In this document: positions 1 to 11,640 of the stretch, piece after piece
Numbering within the stretch: position 1 is the first letter of the stretch
Layout of the letters: each line of letters opens with the position of its first letter
Source: Bacteroidales bacterium
GTDB lineage: Bacteria > Bacteroidota > Bacteroidia > Bacteroidales > UBA1556
Assembly: GCA_023146135.1 (NCBI GenBank)
Contig: JAGLCR010000010.1
Span: 4,139 to 68,138 of the forward strand
DNA: 64,000 nucleotides
Direction: 5' to 3'
Made by a program: the position numbers and the translations under genes
The notes under the pieces: generated by a model
Told to the model about the DNA's origin: nothing
The model's input: only the letters and a program-made list of their open reading frames with translations
The model's database searches: none

Positions 1-172
1 GTAAATCATCTATTATTTCCTAAGAATAGTAATGAGTAGCAAAGCTAGAAAAAAATATAGCACCTTTATTAAGTGTAACTATTTCTATAGCTTTAGATAG
101 TTTCAAAAAAAATAGTACAAGCATGAAAATTGTCAATACCAGTGCTTTGTGAAATATTTTCTAAAATTGTTT

Positions 173-1828
173 TTATTCGGGAATACTCAGTAAACGATTC
201 CACCTTATTTTTCCATTGGTCCAACCATAATCCTTATCTAATGATAGCCATATTAATGAAGGTGAGCCTACAATGTGATCTTCAGGTACAAAGCCCCAAT
301 AACGAGAGTCGGCCGAATTATGACGATTGTCTCCCATCATCCAATAGTAATCCATTTTGAAGGTATACGAATTAGCAATTGCCCCATTGATATAAATGTC
401 CTTACCTTTTACTTCAAGTGTATTATTTTCATATACACCAATAATTCTACGGTATAGTGGTATTGTTTTTAGATTGATATCCACTGTCATATCTTTCTTA
501 GGAATTGTTATTGGGCCGAAATTATCTTGGTTCCATTTATAGTTTACCGTGTCGTAAGGAAATATCTCGGTATGAGAAGTAGTTGGAGTTATTAAAACTC
601 CTGCTCTTTGTGTTTTCTTCTCTAATATTGCCACATTTGGATTTTTACGCAACTTTTCAGCCATTCCTTCAGTAAGGTTTATCATGCCTAAAACACGATA
701 ATCTTTAGGTTTAATAATGGTGTCCATGGTTGAATAAGGTAAGTAATAATTAGGTATTATTAGATTACCATTCCGATCGGTAGAATTAATTGATCTTTGA
801 TATTGTTCTATTTCAACTGCCGATAATCCAAGTTCCGCTAGCATCTTAGGATTAAGATAATTATTTACCCCCACAATAAAGTATTCCGTTTCGTATTCGA
901 TAGGGTTTGCAGCTACTGAACCATTGATATATACTTGTTGGTCTTTTATTTGCAATTCATCACCAGCAATAGCAATACAACGTTTAATATAGTTCTCACG
1001 TTTGTCCACTGGACGAGCCACTATTGGGCCAAAAGGAATGCCAGTATTTTCGTTAATGCTTCGGGGGTTATTTACAGTTTTCCAACCAAATTGTCGAACC
1101 ATAGCATAATAGCTGCGGTCTTGCCGGTATAATGCAACAGTATCACCATCAGGATAGTTAAAGACTATTATATCATTATTTTTAATGGTGCTATAGCCAT
1201 CAAAACGATAATAAGGTAGTTTTATCCACTCCAAATACGATTTTGCTGTCAGGCTCATGGGCATAGTATGGTGTACAAAAGGAAAGCTCAGAGGTGTGTT
1301 TGGGATTTTTGCACCGTAGCCAAATTTATTAACAAATAGATAATCACCTACTAGTAACGACTTTTCCATGGAAGGGGTAGGAATAGTATATGCTTCGAAT
1401 ACAAATGTGCGAATGATTGTTGCCGCTACCACGGCAAAAATTATAGCATCTGTCCACTCTCTTATTTTCGATTTCTGAAATATTGGACGTTCCTCTTTAA
1501 TTTGATATTTTTCGTCCTCGCTAAAACCAAGGTAAGGCATGTAGGCAAAAGGAAAAACAGCAGCTAATGCCTGTTCCCAAAGAAGGTTTTTATTAAATGT
1601 TTTGGCGGTTTCTACAGTAAAAAGAAACCACATAAATACATTAATAAAGGGCATAAAAGCGAAAATTAACCACCATATAGGTTTCTCAATAATCTTAAGC
1701 CAGATATAGGCATTATAAAAAGGAACTAATGCCATCCATCCAGCATATCCTGCCTTTTCAAATATTTTCATTAATCCTACTAATGAGGCAACTAATGATA
1801 ATGATATAAAAATAAGTAATCCGTCCAT
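173..1828 (-). CDS. lepB: Signal peptidase I with N-terminal multi-TM extension
   Basis: 551-aa ORF. S26 motifs are the serine box [10 protein letters not shown] and the C-terminal [23 protein letters not shown]. The hydrophobic N-terminal ~90 aa resembles the small membrane module often fused to Bacteroidota LepB. Confidence 0.9.
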   Translation of the reverse strand: MDGLLIFISLSLVASLVGLMKIFEKAGYAGWMALVPFYNAYIWLKIIEKPIWWLIFAFMPFINVFMWFLFTVETAKTFNKNLLWEQALAAVFPFAYMPYLGFSEDEKYQIKEERPIFQKSKIREWTDAIIFAVVAATIIRTFVFEAYTIPTPSMEKSLLVGDYLFVNKFGYGAKIPNTPLSFPFVHHTMPMSLTAKSYLEWIKLPYYRFDGYSTIKNNDIIVFNYPDGDTVALYRQDRSYYAMVRQFGWKTVNNPRSINENTGIPFGPIVARPVDKRENYIKRCIAIAGDELQIKDQQVYINGSVAANPIEYETEYFIVGVNNYLNPKMLAELGLSAVEIEQYQRSINSTDRNGNLIIPNYYLPYSTMDTIIKPKDYRVLGMINLTEGMAEKLRKNPNVAILEKKTQRAGVLITPTTSHTEIFPYDTVNYKWNQDNFGPITIPKKDMTVDINLKTIPLYRRIIGVYENNTLEVKGKDIYINGAIANSYTFKMDYYWMMGDNRHNSADSRYWGFVPEDHIVGSPSLIWLSLDKDYGWTNGKIRWNRLLSIPE

Positions 1829-1884
1829 TGTATATATTGTTTTTTCTAAAACTCTTGTTTATAATATTTCTTATTTATTGAATG

Positions 1885-2607
1885 TTAAGATTTATTAAAT
1901 AATATATCTTTAAATTCAAACCATCCGTTTTTGCCAATAATCCACTCAGCAGCATATACTGCTCCTTTGGCAAAACCTGCGCGGCTTTTAGCGGTATGTT
2001 TTAATTCTATCTCGTCAATATCAGAGCTATATGTAATTGTGTGCGTACCAGGTGTTGAGTCAATTCTTTTCGACTCAATCCCCAATGTTGTATCGGTATT
2101 GGATTTTCCTTTTCCCCAATTGTCAATTTGATTAATTTCTTTAATAATAATGTCGGCAATGCTAATGGCAGTGCCACTTGGAGCGTCTAGTTTTTGAGTG
2201 TGATGAATTTCCTCCATTGATACATTGTACTCAGGGTAACCATTCATGAGTTTGGCTACCGTTTCGTTAATATGGAAGAATAGGTTTACTCCCACACTAA
2301 AATTACTACCAAATACAAAAGAATGATTTCCACGCAGACATTCATTTTTAAGGTCCTTTTTTTGCTCGTACCAGCCAGTTGTACCAACAATAATGGGGGT
2401 ATTATGGTTGAAGCATTTTTTGATATTTTCAATAACTGTAGCGGGTGTACTAAATTCGATAGCAACATCCGCTTTTGAGAAATCATCACCATATTTATCC
2501 CAGTCTTTCATATTATCTATTCGTGCAACAATGGTGTGATTTTGCTCGATGCATATCTTTTCAATCTCTTTCCCCATTTTACCATAACCCAATAGTGCAA
2601 TTTTCAT
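1885..2607 (-). CDS. dapB: 4-hydroxy-tetrahydrodipicolinate reductase
   Basis: Rossmann start MKIALLGYGKMG and DapB signature EEIHHTQKLDAPSGTA. I moved the start to the ATG at 2607 because the track's 21-aa N-terminal extension overlaps the upstream gene end. Confidence 0.9.
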   Translation of the reverse strand: MKIALLGYGKMGKEIEKICIEQNHTIVARIDNMKDWDKYGDDFSKADVAIEFSTPATVIENIKKCFNHNTPIIVGTTGWYEQKKDLKNECLRGNHSFVFGSNFSVGVNLFFHINETVAKLMNGYPEYNVSMEEIHHTQKLDAPSGTAISIADIIIKEINQIDNWGKGKSNTDTTLGIESKRIDSTPGTHTITYSSDIDEIELKHTAKSRAGFAKGAVYAAEWIIGKNGWFEFKDILFNKS

Positions 2608-2617
2608 AATCAATAGT

Positions 2618-3283
2618 TTAAAAAGAAAGTGTGAATGAAAGACCGGCATATGACGACTTGGAAGGGCCAAATCTTAAAGCTGGAGCAACAACAGGTGTTA
2701 CTTGAAGGCTCAAATCATCGCTTATATCGTAAGTGTAAAAATGTGCATCTACAATGGCATCTAAAATATTTAGTGTAAATACACCAGCTAATAATATGAT
2801 ATCTAGGTCTCGACTTTTCCAATAAGCATTTTTATAGACTCTTAGGTTCTCTGTGGTATATTCAGGCAGATCATCAATGGTGGATGGGTCGTCATCAATT
2901 CGCGCAATATAGGCGTCTCGATACTTAATATACTCACCATTATGTTTCACCAAAAAATAAGTAATGGTGCCAAATGCTACATAAATCACGGGTATTTTCC
3001 AATATTTTTTGTTGTAAGCTTGTCCTAAGCCAGGAATCGCTGTTGAAAGCCATCCCGCTCTCTTTGGAGAGTGGTAAGCAGTATCAACTACTTCTACAAC
3101 ATGAGCTTCTTCTAAAAAAATACTATCAGATTCAACTTGTGCTATCGAATTTTTACTTGGGAAAATGATAAATGCAATTAGAAAAAATACAAATGCAAAA
3201 ACTTTAGTCCACTTTATACTCGAGTGAGTTAGTAAAGAAGTGTGCTTTTTATTATTGCTATTGTATTGTTTTGACCAACGCAT
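2618..3283 (-). CDS. DUF5683-like membrane protein
   Basis: 221 aa with an N-terminal signal/TM and the motif AIPGLGQAYNKKYWKIPVIY, typical of the Bacteroidota protein found between parB and dapB. Confidence 0.7.
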   Translation of the reverse strand: MRWSKQYNSNNKKHTSLLTHSSIKWTKVFAFVFFLIAFIIFPSKNSIAQVESDSIFLEEAHVVEVVDTAYHSPKRAGWLSTAIPGLGQAYNKKYWKIPVIYVAFGTITYFLVKHNGEYIKYRDAYIARIDDDPSTIDDLPEYTTENLRVYKNAYWKSRDLDIILLAGVFTLNILDAIVDAHFYTYDISDDLSLQVTPVVAPALRFGPSKSSYAGLSFTLSF

Positions 3284-3292
3284 CCTTTTGGA

Positions 3293-4189
3293 TTATGAGT
3301 TCAAGATTTCGTTTAGTATTTGATCGAGCTTCTTGTCAGAATCAAATTCAATACTAATTTTGCCTTTTCCTTTATTATTGCGTTTAATTTCCACTGCAAC
3401 ATTAAGTTTTTTCTTAACCTTACTATTAAGTTGTTGATATTTATAAGGTAAGCTTAGGGGCTTCTTTTGAAGTTTTAATTCCTTATTTTGAATTTTACGA
3501 ACAATAGCCTCTACCTGACGAACCGACAGCTCTTTCTCAATGGTTTCTTTTAGTACAAATAATTGATCAGTAATATCTTCCATGCTAATTAGGGCACGGG
3601 CATGTCCCATAGAAACCAGCTCTTCTTTTAGGGCAAGCTGAATTTCAATAGGTAACTTTAGTAGTCGTAAATAATTGTTTACAGTGGCACGTTTTTTACC
3701 CACTCGCTTACTTAATTCTTCGTAGGATAAATTACATTCGTCAACAAGCTTTTGATAGCTGAAAGCAATTTCGATGGCATTTAAATCTTGACGTTGAATA
3801 TTTTCAACTAAAGCCATTTCCATTACCTGTACATCATCAGCTTCACGGATAAAGGCGGGGATGGATTTTAAGCCTGCCATTTTTGAAGCACGATATCGTC
3901 GCTCGCCAGTGATTAATTCAAATTTATTTTTCGCTGTTTTACGAACCGTAACTGGTTGAATGATACCATGATTTTTTATTGAGTCCGAAAGTTCAATAAG
4001 CTTATCTTCATCAAACTCTTTTCGTGGTTGATCAGGGTTAGTATTTATTTGACTTAAAAGAATATCAGAAATTGCACCTGCTACAGGAATATTTCCAATC
4101 TGTTCCGTTCTACTTGCAGATTTTTCCTCACGAGTATGCTCGCCAAATATTGCGTCCAAACCTCTTCCCAATGCTTTCTTTGCAGTCAT
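3293..4189 (-). CDS. parB: Chromosome partitioning protein ParB
   Basis: ParB/Spo0J motifs (IQPVTVRK, LITGERRYRASK, HTH region SYEELSKRVGKKRATVNNYLRLLKL). Start overlaps the parA stop by 1 nt. Confidence 0.92.
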   Translation of the reverse strand: MTAKKALGRGLDAIFGEHTREEKSASRTEQIGNIPVAGAISDILLSQINTNPDQPRKEFDEDKLIELSDSIKNHGIIQPVTVRKTAKNKFELITGERRYRASKMAGLKSIPAFIREADDVQVMEMALVENIQRQDLNAIEIAFSYQKLVDECNLSYEELSKRVGKKRATVNNYLRLLKLPIEIQLALKEELVSMGHARALISMEDITDQLFVLKETIEKELSVRQVEAIVRKIQNKELKLQKKPLSLPYKYQQLNSKVKKKLNVAVEIKRNNKGKGKISIEFDSDKKLDQILNEILNS

Positions 4190-4989
4190 TAGCTTACTTT
4201 TTTATCCTCATTTTTAATCTTAGTCATATCGTTACGTTGCAGTATTTCACGAGCAAGGTTAAGGTAATTGATAGAACCTTTACTATTTATATCATGCATC
4301 ATTATAGGATCGCCAAAACTTGGTGCTTCACCCAATCGGGTGTTTCTATGAATTACTGTGTCAAAAACCATTTTTTCAAAATGCAATCGTACATCTTGCA
4401 CCACTTGTTTGGCAAGACGTAAACGAGAGTCAAACATGGTTAATAAAATTCCTTCCACATCTAAATCAGGGTTCAAACGCTCTTGAACAATTCGTATCGT
4501 ACTCAGTAGTTTTCCGAGCCCTTCCAAAGCAAAGTATTCACATTGAACAGGTATCATTACGGAGTCTGATGCTGAAAGTGAGTTGATTGTGATTAAGCCC
4601 AAAGAAGGGGAGCAGTCGATGATAACAAAATCGTAATCATCTTTTATTTGATCAATTACTTTGCTCATCATTTTCTCCCTGTTTGGAAGGTTAATCATTT
4701 CTATCTCAGCACCAACTAAGTCGATATGTGCTGGTAAAAGATCTAACCCTGGTGTTTTTGTTTCAAGGATAATGTCTTTTGCCTTAATCTCGTCAATAAT
4801 ACATTCGTAAATACTTGTTTTTATATTTTTAGGATCGAAGCCAACGCCTGAAGTGGCATTTGCCTGAGGGTCAGCATCAATCAATAAGGTTTTATACTCT
4901 AGAATTGCTAATCCTGCACTTAAATTAATCGCTGTAGTGGTTTTACCCACGCCTCCTTTTTGGTTAGCTATTGAAATTACTTTTCCCAT
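4189..4989 (-). CDS. parA: ParA/Soj partitioning ATPase
   Basis: Deviant Walker A (ANQKGGVGKTTTAINL) and ParA-family length of 266 aa. Confidence 0.92.
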   Translation of the reverse strand: MGKVISIANQKGGVGKTTTAINLSAGLAILEYKTLLIDADPQANATSGVGFDPKNIKTSIYECIIDEIKAKDIILETKTPGLDLLPAHIDLVGAEIEMINLPNREKMMSKVIDQIKDDYDFVIIDCSPSLGLITINSLSASDSVMIPVQCEYFALEGLGKLLSTIRIVQERLNPDLDVEGILLTMFDSRLRLAKQVVQDVRLHFEKMVFDTVIHRNTRLGEAPSFGDPIMMHDINSKGSINYLNLAREILQRNDMTKIKNEDKKVS

Positions 4990-4995
4990 ATATAT

Positions 4996-5676
4996 TTATA
5001 TTGTTATCGTTTCTCCTAATTTGACAAACGTAAGTTTCTTGTCTTTATTTTCAAAAGCTTCTTTGGCTATTTTTTTATCAACTACGATATAGCCAAAAGT
5101 ATCATAATGCATAGCAATAATATTGTCACATGCAATAAATTCGCTAGCAATCACAGCCTCATTAATTCCCATGGTGAAATTGTCACCAATTGGTAGCAAT
5201 GCAAAATCAAGCTTCATAAGGCTTGGAATCAATTGCATATCCATCATCAATCCTGTATCACCTGCATGATAGAAGTTTCCTTCTTTGGTTTGCACCAAAA
5301 AACTTCCTGGATTTCCACCTGATGCGCCATCAGGCATAACAGACGAATGTTGTGCCGTAAAATAAGTTACAGTACCAAAATCAAAATCCCATTTGCCTCC
5401 AATATTCATGGGGTGACCATTATCAATTCCCTTAGCGGCAAACCAATTGATAATTTCAAAATTGGAAATTAGCTTAGCTCCCGTTCTCCTTGCGATACTT
5501 TCAACATCAGCTACATGATCTTCATGACCATGAGTAATCAATATATAATCCGCATCAATACTATTCACATCAATGTGAGATGCCAACTCATTAGGCGAAA
5601 TAAAAGGGTCGAAAAGAAGTTTCTTTCCCACAACTTCAATTAACCAACAAGCATGACCATAGTTTGTTATTTTCAT
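4996..5676 (-). CDS. Metal-dependent hydrolase, MBL fold (UPF0173-like)
   Basis: ILITHGHEDHVAD metallo-beta-lactamase motif; 226 aa. Confidence 0.8.
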   Translation of the reverse strand: MKITNYGHACWLIEVVGKKLLFDPFISPNELASHIDVNSIDADYILITHGHEDHVADVESIARRTGAKLISNFEIINWFAAKGIDNGHPMNIGGKWDFDFGTVTYFTAQHSSVMPDGASGGNPGSFLVQTKEGNFYHAGDTGLMMDMQLIPSLMKLDFALLPIGDNFTMGINEAVIASEFIACDNIIAMHYDTFGYIVVDKKIAKEAFENKDKKLTFVKLGETITI

Positions 5677-5765
5677 AGCTTCAGGAGTTTATGTGATTAA
5701 AAACATTGATATTCCACGCACAGAATATTAGCATTTGTTACTGCTAAAAGCAAGCACAAATATAT

Positions 5766-5795
5766 TAATAAAAAAGCCACCAAGGAGGTAGCTTT
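5766..5795 (-). terminator. Rho-independent terminator of the PUR-like gene
   Basis: On the minus strand AAAGCTACC / GGTGGCTTT forms a 9-bp stem (one G-U) with a 5-nt loop, followed by a T-run. It lies 19 nt after the stop codon at 5814. Confidence 0.6.
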
Positions 5796-5813
5796 ATATT
5801 TTTAATTTAACAA

Positions 5814-6125
5814 TTATTCTTTTGTATTGTCAGTAGGCTCTTCGTACGAATGATTAACAAACTCTTCTACCTCCTGATGTTCTTTTATGTAGTTAACTAC
5901 ACCATTTAACCCATCGGTAAATTTTTCAAAATCTTCTTTGTATAAAAATATCTTATGCTTTTCATAAAAAAACTTACCGTTTTCTCCATTTAAGCGTTTT
6001 TTGCTCTCGGTAAGAGTGATGTAATACTCACCTGATTTTGTTTCTTTTACATCAAAAAAATAGGTACGTTTTCCTGCTCTTACTGCCTTGGAAAAAATAT
6101 CATGCATATTGTTGTTGTTTTCCAT
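5814..6125 (-). CDS. PUR-alpha-like ssDNA/RNA-binding protein (DUF3276)
   Basis: 103 aa; KRTYFFDVKETKSGEYYITLTESKKR ... KHKIFLYKEDFEKF matches the bacterial PUR-repeat family pattern. Confidence 0.75.
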   Translation of the reverse strand: MENNNNMHDIFSKAVRAGKRTYFFDVKETKSGEYYITLTESKKRLNGENGKFFYEKHKIFLYKEDFEKFTDGLNGVVNYIKEHQEVEEFVNHSYEEPTDNTKE

Positions 6126-6195
6126 CTTGTCCTTATTTATACCCTTAATTATAGCTTATAAAATAATGTTGAATTACTTGTGCAATTATACTTTA

Positions 6196-6203
6196 CAAAT
6201 ATA
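6196..6203 (-). promoter_or_regulatory. Candidate Bacteroidota -7 box (TATATTTG)
   Basis: Exact TAnnTTTG on the minus strand, about 70 nt upstream of the ATG at 6125. Confidence 0.3.
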
Positions 6204-6389
6204 GATTTTTTCTAAAGGTATGCAAGGCATTTATAAAAAAAAGAATAAATATTTATCCACCATTAGCTTGTAATAGTCTCCAAGAGGTTTTTTTCTTGAT
6301 AGTATATTACCTAATTTCAAATTGTAAATACAACTTGTTGCATTTGAAAAAAAGACTACTTTTATATCCTCAAGTAAAACACAATTTGA

Positions 6390-7208
6390 ATGAAGAAAAT
6401 CATTATTATAATTATCCTTGCAATGGGCTTGACTAGTTTCGAATCACAAAGGGTAATTCCTTGTTATAGTTTTGGTTTTAAGGTGGATTATTTTACATAT
6501 GATATTCTTGGAAATACATACTTAGTTCATGAATCGGAACTTGTAAAATTAGAAGCAAAGAATAGCAGGGAAAAAACTACCTTTTCTAATCTTAGTTTGG
6601 GTGAAATAAGCACAATTGATGCATCTGATGCGATGAATTTACTAGTGTTTTATCAAGATTTTGCTAAAGTGCTTTTTCTGGACAATACGCTAAGTCTAAA
6701 GAAGAGTATAATTGATTTAGGCGAGTTAGGATTTCCAAATGCATCCTTGGCCTGTTTGTCATACAATAATGGCTTTTGGATTTTTGACCCAGTAAATCAA
6801 GAGCTTATTCGTATTAATCAATTTTTGGAAGTTGCAGAGCGAAGTGGAAATTTGAACCAAATTATTAATACTGAAATAGAGCCTGATCAATTATTAGAAG
6901 CAGGAAACAAGGTGTATTTAAAAGATAAAATTGAAGGTGTATTCATCTTTGATCGCTATGCGGGTTATCTAAAGCGAATGCCATTTACTAATATCGATGA
7001 TGTACATATAACAGATACAGAAGGACTAGTGTTCTTGAAAAATGACAGCCTGTTTAGTTATAATACCCAAAGCTTGAATTTGGATACTATGGCCCTTGTT
7101 ATTAAAAATATTAAACAAATATTCATTAAAAGCAATCATATTACTTTCCTAAAAGAAGATGGTAGTTTGTGTACTGATGGACTGAATTCACATAAAATCA
7201 CTTATTAA
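6390..7208 (+). CDS. Hypothetical secreted protein
   Basis: 272-aa ORF with an N-terminal signal-like segment (MKKIIIIIILAMGLTSF). No motif recognised. Confidence 0.6.
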   Translation: MKKIIIIIILAMGLTSFESQRVIPCYSFGFKVDYFTYDILGNTYLVHESELVKLEAKNSREKTTFSNLSLGEISTIDASDAMNLLVFYQDFAKVLFLDNTLSLKKSIIDLGELGFPNASLACLSYNNGFWIFDPVNQELIRINQFLEVAERSGNLNQIINTEIEPDQLLEAGNKVYLKDKIEGVFIFDRYAGYLKRMPFTNIDDVHITDTEGLVFLKNDSLFSYNTQSLNLDTMALVIKNIKQIFIKSNHITFLKEDGSLCTDGLNSHKITY

Positions 7209-7218
7209 ACAAAATGAA

Positions 7219-8946
7219 ATGTCAGAATTTATAATCAATATTGGGAAAATACTAACCTTAGTAGGGGCTTTGGGGCTTTTTCTATATGGAATGAAGTTGA
7301 TGAGTGAGGCTCTGCAAAAAGTAGCTGGTGGAAAAATGCGTCAGATTCTTGCAGCCATGACTAATAACCGAATAAAGGGAGTGCTCACAGGTATATTAGT
7401 AACTACAACAATTCAATCATCATCGGCTACTACTGTGATGGTGGTGAGCTTTGTAAATGCGGGACTAATTTCTTTAGTAGCTTCTGTGGGTATAATTATG
7501 GGTGCCAATATTGGAACTACTGTTACAGCGTGGATTATTGCTACCTTGGGTTTTAAAGTAAGTTTAAGCTTCCTTTCTCTTCCATTGATAGGTATTAGTT
7601 TTCCTCTGTTTTTCTCAAAAAATAGTGTACGCAAATCGTGGGGAGAATTTATTATTGGTTTTGCAATACTCTTTATTGGCTTGCAATTTATGAAAGAATC
7701 AGTGCCTGGTATTAATGGAGAAGGTGATGCTCTTAGTTTTTTAACTTCGTTTATTAATCTAGGGTACTTATCAACTTTAATATTTGTACTAGTGGGTACC
7801 ATTCTTACCATTATTATTCAGTCCTCAAGTGCTACAATGGCACTTACATTAGTAATGACGTATAATGGGTTAATACCATTTGAGTTGGCGGCGGCTATGG
7901 TTTTGGGTGAAAATATTGGTACTACGGTAACAGCAAATTTGGCTGCTGTGGTAGCAAATGTATCGGCAAAACGTACTGCTCGAGCTCACCTAATATTCAA
8001 TATATTTGGTGTTACATGGGTACTCTTGATATTCCCCTATTTTCTTCGCCTAATCGATTTGATTATGATGAGAAAGCATGGCGTTTCTATCTTGGATACT
8101 AATATTTCAAAAATAGAATTTAATGAAGTAAGGGAATTATACCCCATTGGATTAGCGCTATTTCATACCGTCTTTAATGTTATGAATACCATTATTCTTT
8201 TTGGTTTTGCTCCTTTTATTGCTAAAATTGCAACTAAGATGGTTCCAGATGATGGTGAGGATGATGAAGAGTTTAGACTTAAGTTCATTGATTCAAGCTT
8301 ATTTTCGACTAGTGAAATTGGCATTGTTCAAGCGAAAGAAGAAATTGCCCTTTTTGGAGAGCGGATACAGAAGATGTTTACATTTACTCAAAATATGATG
8401 GCTGAAAAAGAGTCTAAACTTATTGATAAGTTATTGGTAAGAGTCTCTAAATATGAAGAGATTACAGACGCTTTGGAAGTTGAAATTGCCGAGTATCTTA
8501 CTAAAATATCTGAGGGTGAAATTAGTCGTGATAGTTCGAAGAAGATTCGTGCAATGCTCAAAATGGTTGACGATATGGAAAGCATTGGTGATGCCATTTA
8601 TCAACTTTCAAAAGTGATGGAGGGCTTACGCCAAAGTAAATTGAAATTTACTGAGGATCAGTTGAGGCGCATTTCTGAGATGTTTGCCTTAGTATATGAT
8701 GCTTTAGAGGAAATGAATAATAACTTGAAGAAAGAATTCCTCGATGTTGATATTAGTAGGGCTTATGAAATAGAGGCACGCATTAACGAGATGAGAAACA
8801 AATTACGCCAACAGCATTTCGACGATCTGAAAGAGAAAAAGTATCGTCATAAAGTGGGCTCGTTTTATCGTGATATGTACTCCATTAGCGAACGTTTAGG
8901 TGATTATATTATTAACATTAGCGAAGCGATTGAAGAGTATCAATAG
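7219..8946 (+). CDS. Na/Pi cotransporter family protein with PhoU-like C-terminal domain
   Basis: 575 aa. Duplicated QSSSATT / QSSSATM motifs typical of the NptA family, followed by a helical PhoU-like C-terminus. Confidence 0.85.
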   Translation: MSEFIINIGKILTLVGALGLFLYGMKLMSEALQKVAGGKMRQILAAMTNNRIKGVLTGILVTTTIQSSSATTVMVVSFVNAGLISLVASVGIIMGANIGTTVTAWIIATLGFKVSLSFLSLPLIGISFPLFFSKNSVRKSWGEFIIGFAILFIGLQFMKESVPGINGEGDALSFLTSFINLGYLSTLIFVLVGTILTIIIQSSSATMALTLVMTYNGLIPFELAAAMVLGENIGTTVTANLAAVVANVSAKRTARAHLIFNIFGVTWVLLIFPYFLRLIDLIMMRKHGVSILDTNISKIEFNEVRELYPIGLALFHTVFNVMNTIILFGFAPFIAKIATKMVPDDGEDDEEFRLKFIDSSLFSTSEIGIVQAKEEIALFGERIQKMFTFTQNMMAEKESKLIDKLLVRVSKYEEITDALEVEIAEYLTKISEGEISRDSSKKIRAMLKMVDDMESIGDAIYQLSKVMEGLRQSKLKFTEDQLRRISEMFALVYDALEEMNNNLKKEFLDVDISRAYEIEARINEMRNKLRQQHFDDLKEKKYRHKVGSFYRDMYSISERLGDYIINISEAIEEYQ

Positions 8947-9156
8947 TGACTTGCTATTACAGCTTAGCTAGATAATAAATATCTCTTCAATTTGTGGTGT
9001 ATTATCAGGTGGAATATGAGTATAAAACCATTGTTTTAGCCCTAATAAAAGAGGTTTATGGTAGTATGATGCTACTCTTTACGCGTGTTATATTGCTGAT
9101 TTCGTAATTAATCTTAAAAATCACTCTTACCAACACATACTCATTATTATTATACT

Positions 9157-9164
9157 TACTTTTG
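9157..9164 (+). promoter_or_regulatory. Candidate -7 box (TACTTTTG)
   Basis: Exact TAnnTTTG 68 nt upstream of the ABC-F start. No clear -33 TTG. Confidence 0.3.
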
Positions 9165-9228
9165 CAAACTTTTTAGAGTGAATTAATTATTGCGGTAAAA
9201 CATTGAATTTCTGCAAACAACAATATAG

Positions 9229-10848
<1,620 letters not shown>

Positions 10849-10933
10849 CTTTATTCCTGACATTCAAAGGTGGGTTATTGTTTTATTATTGCCACAATGT
10901 CAAATTAATACGAAATATCAATAATAAAAAAAC

Positions 10934-10941
10934 TATCTTTG
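10934..10941 (+). promoter_or_regulatory. Candidate -7 box (TATCTTTG)
   Basis: Exact TAnnTTTG 53 nt upstream of the ATG at 10994. Confidence 0.35.
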
Positions 10942-10993
10942 CAAGATATTTATAATCAATACAAAACAATAATTAAAATACATAAAGAATTAT

Positions 10994-11446
10994 ATGGCTC
11001 GATCACAGGAAACATTTGGTAAGAAGGAAGTAAGAAATAAAAAAGAAAAAAAGCGTAAAGATAAAGAAGCAAAGCGTTTAGCTAAAAAAGAAACTGATAA
11101 AAAAGGTGGAGGCTTGGACGATATGATTGCTTATGTGGATGAAAATGGTATGATTGTAGATACACCACCAGATCCAACAAAAAAGAAGAAAGTGAAAGCC
11201 TCTGATATTGCGTTAGGAGTACCAAGTCGTGAACAAGAAGATTTTGATCCTATTAGAAAAGGAACGGTTACTTTCTTTAATGATTCTAAAGGTTTCGGTT
11301 TTATTAAAGACATAGAAACTAAAGAGAGCGTATTTGTTCATATTAATAATTGCATTGACGAAATTTCTGAAGATAATTTAGTGAGTTTCGAAGTTGAGCA
11401 AGGCCCAAAAGGATTAGCGGCAGTTCAAGTGAAACTTGTAAAGTAA
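10994..11446 (+). CDS. Cold-shock-domain protein with Lys-rich N-terminal extension
   Basis: The C-terminal ~65 aa form a CSD (GTVTFFNDSKGFGFIKD ... VFVHIN, i.e. RNP1/RNP2-like). The N-terminal ~85 aa are K/E-rich. Confidence 0.85.
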   Translation: MARSQETFGKKEVRNKKEKKRKDKEAKRLAKKETDKKGGGLDDMIAYVDENGMIVDTPPDPTKKKKVKASDIALGVPSREQEDFDPIRKGTVTFFNDSKGFGFIKDIETKESVFVHINNCIDEISEDNLVSFEVEQGPKGLAAVQVKLVK

Positions 11447-11471
11447 AGCTAGATTTATATAAAACATTGGA

Positions 11472-11500
11472 GGGGAGCATTTATATGCTTCCCTTTTTTT
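11472..11500 (+). terminator. Rho-independent terminator
   Basis: GGGGAGCAT / ATGCTTCCC forms a 9-bp stem (one G-U) with loop TTAT, then T7. It lies 26 nt after the stop. Confidence 0.75.
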
Positions 11501-11593
11501 GTTTACTTTAGAAAATGTAATTATTCCATATGTTGAACTTGGATTATAAAAAAAAATCTCCTAAAAAATCCATCAATACTATTAGATTTATCT

Positions 11594-11601
11594 TATTTTT
11601 G
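11594..11601 (+). promoter_or_regulatory. Candidate -7 box (TATTTTTG)
   Basis: Exact TAnnTTTG 40 nt upstream of the ATG at 11641. Confidence 0.3.
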
Positions 11602-11640
11602 TAATCCTTTATTTACAATAACCAAGAAACGAAATATATT

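Noticed and set aside
1-124. 34-aa minus-strand ORF (MLVLFFLKLSKAIEIVTLNKGAIFFSSFATHYYS) downstream of lepB at the left edge
   Set aside because: It is too short and featureless, and the edge of the window prevents judging its context.
7413-7811. 132-aa antisense ORF within the Na/Pi cotransporter gene, and similar short ORFs opposite lepB, parA, ABC-F, the AT3-LtaS fusion and the T9SS cargo (for example 130-457, 4072-4586, 60591-60887, 62541-63066)
   Set aside because: All are nested in or overlap well-supported genes on the other strand and show no recognisable motifs. They are treated as frame shadows of AT-rich coding sequence.
9017-9110. Mini-ORFs upstream of the ABC-F gene (MSIKPLF at about 9017; MMLLFTRVILLIS at about 9068), considered as attenuation leader peptides like those of antibiotic-resistance ABC-F genes
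   Set aside because: They lie upstream of the only good -7 box (9157-9164), so they are probably not on the mRNA. There is no terminator/antiterminator pair, and the protein looks like a housekeeping ABC-F.
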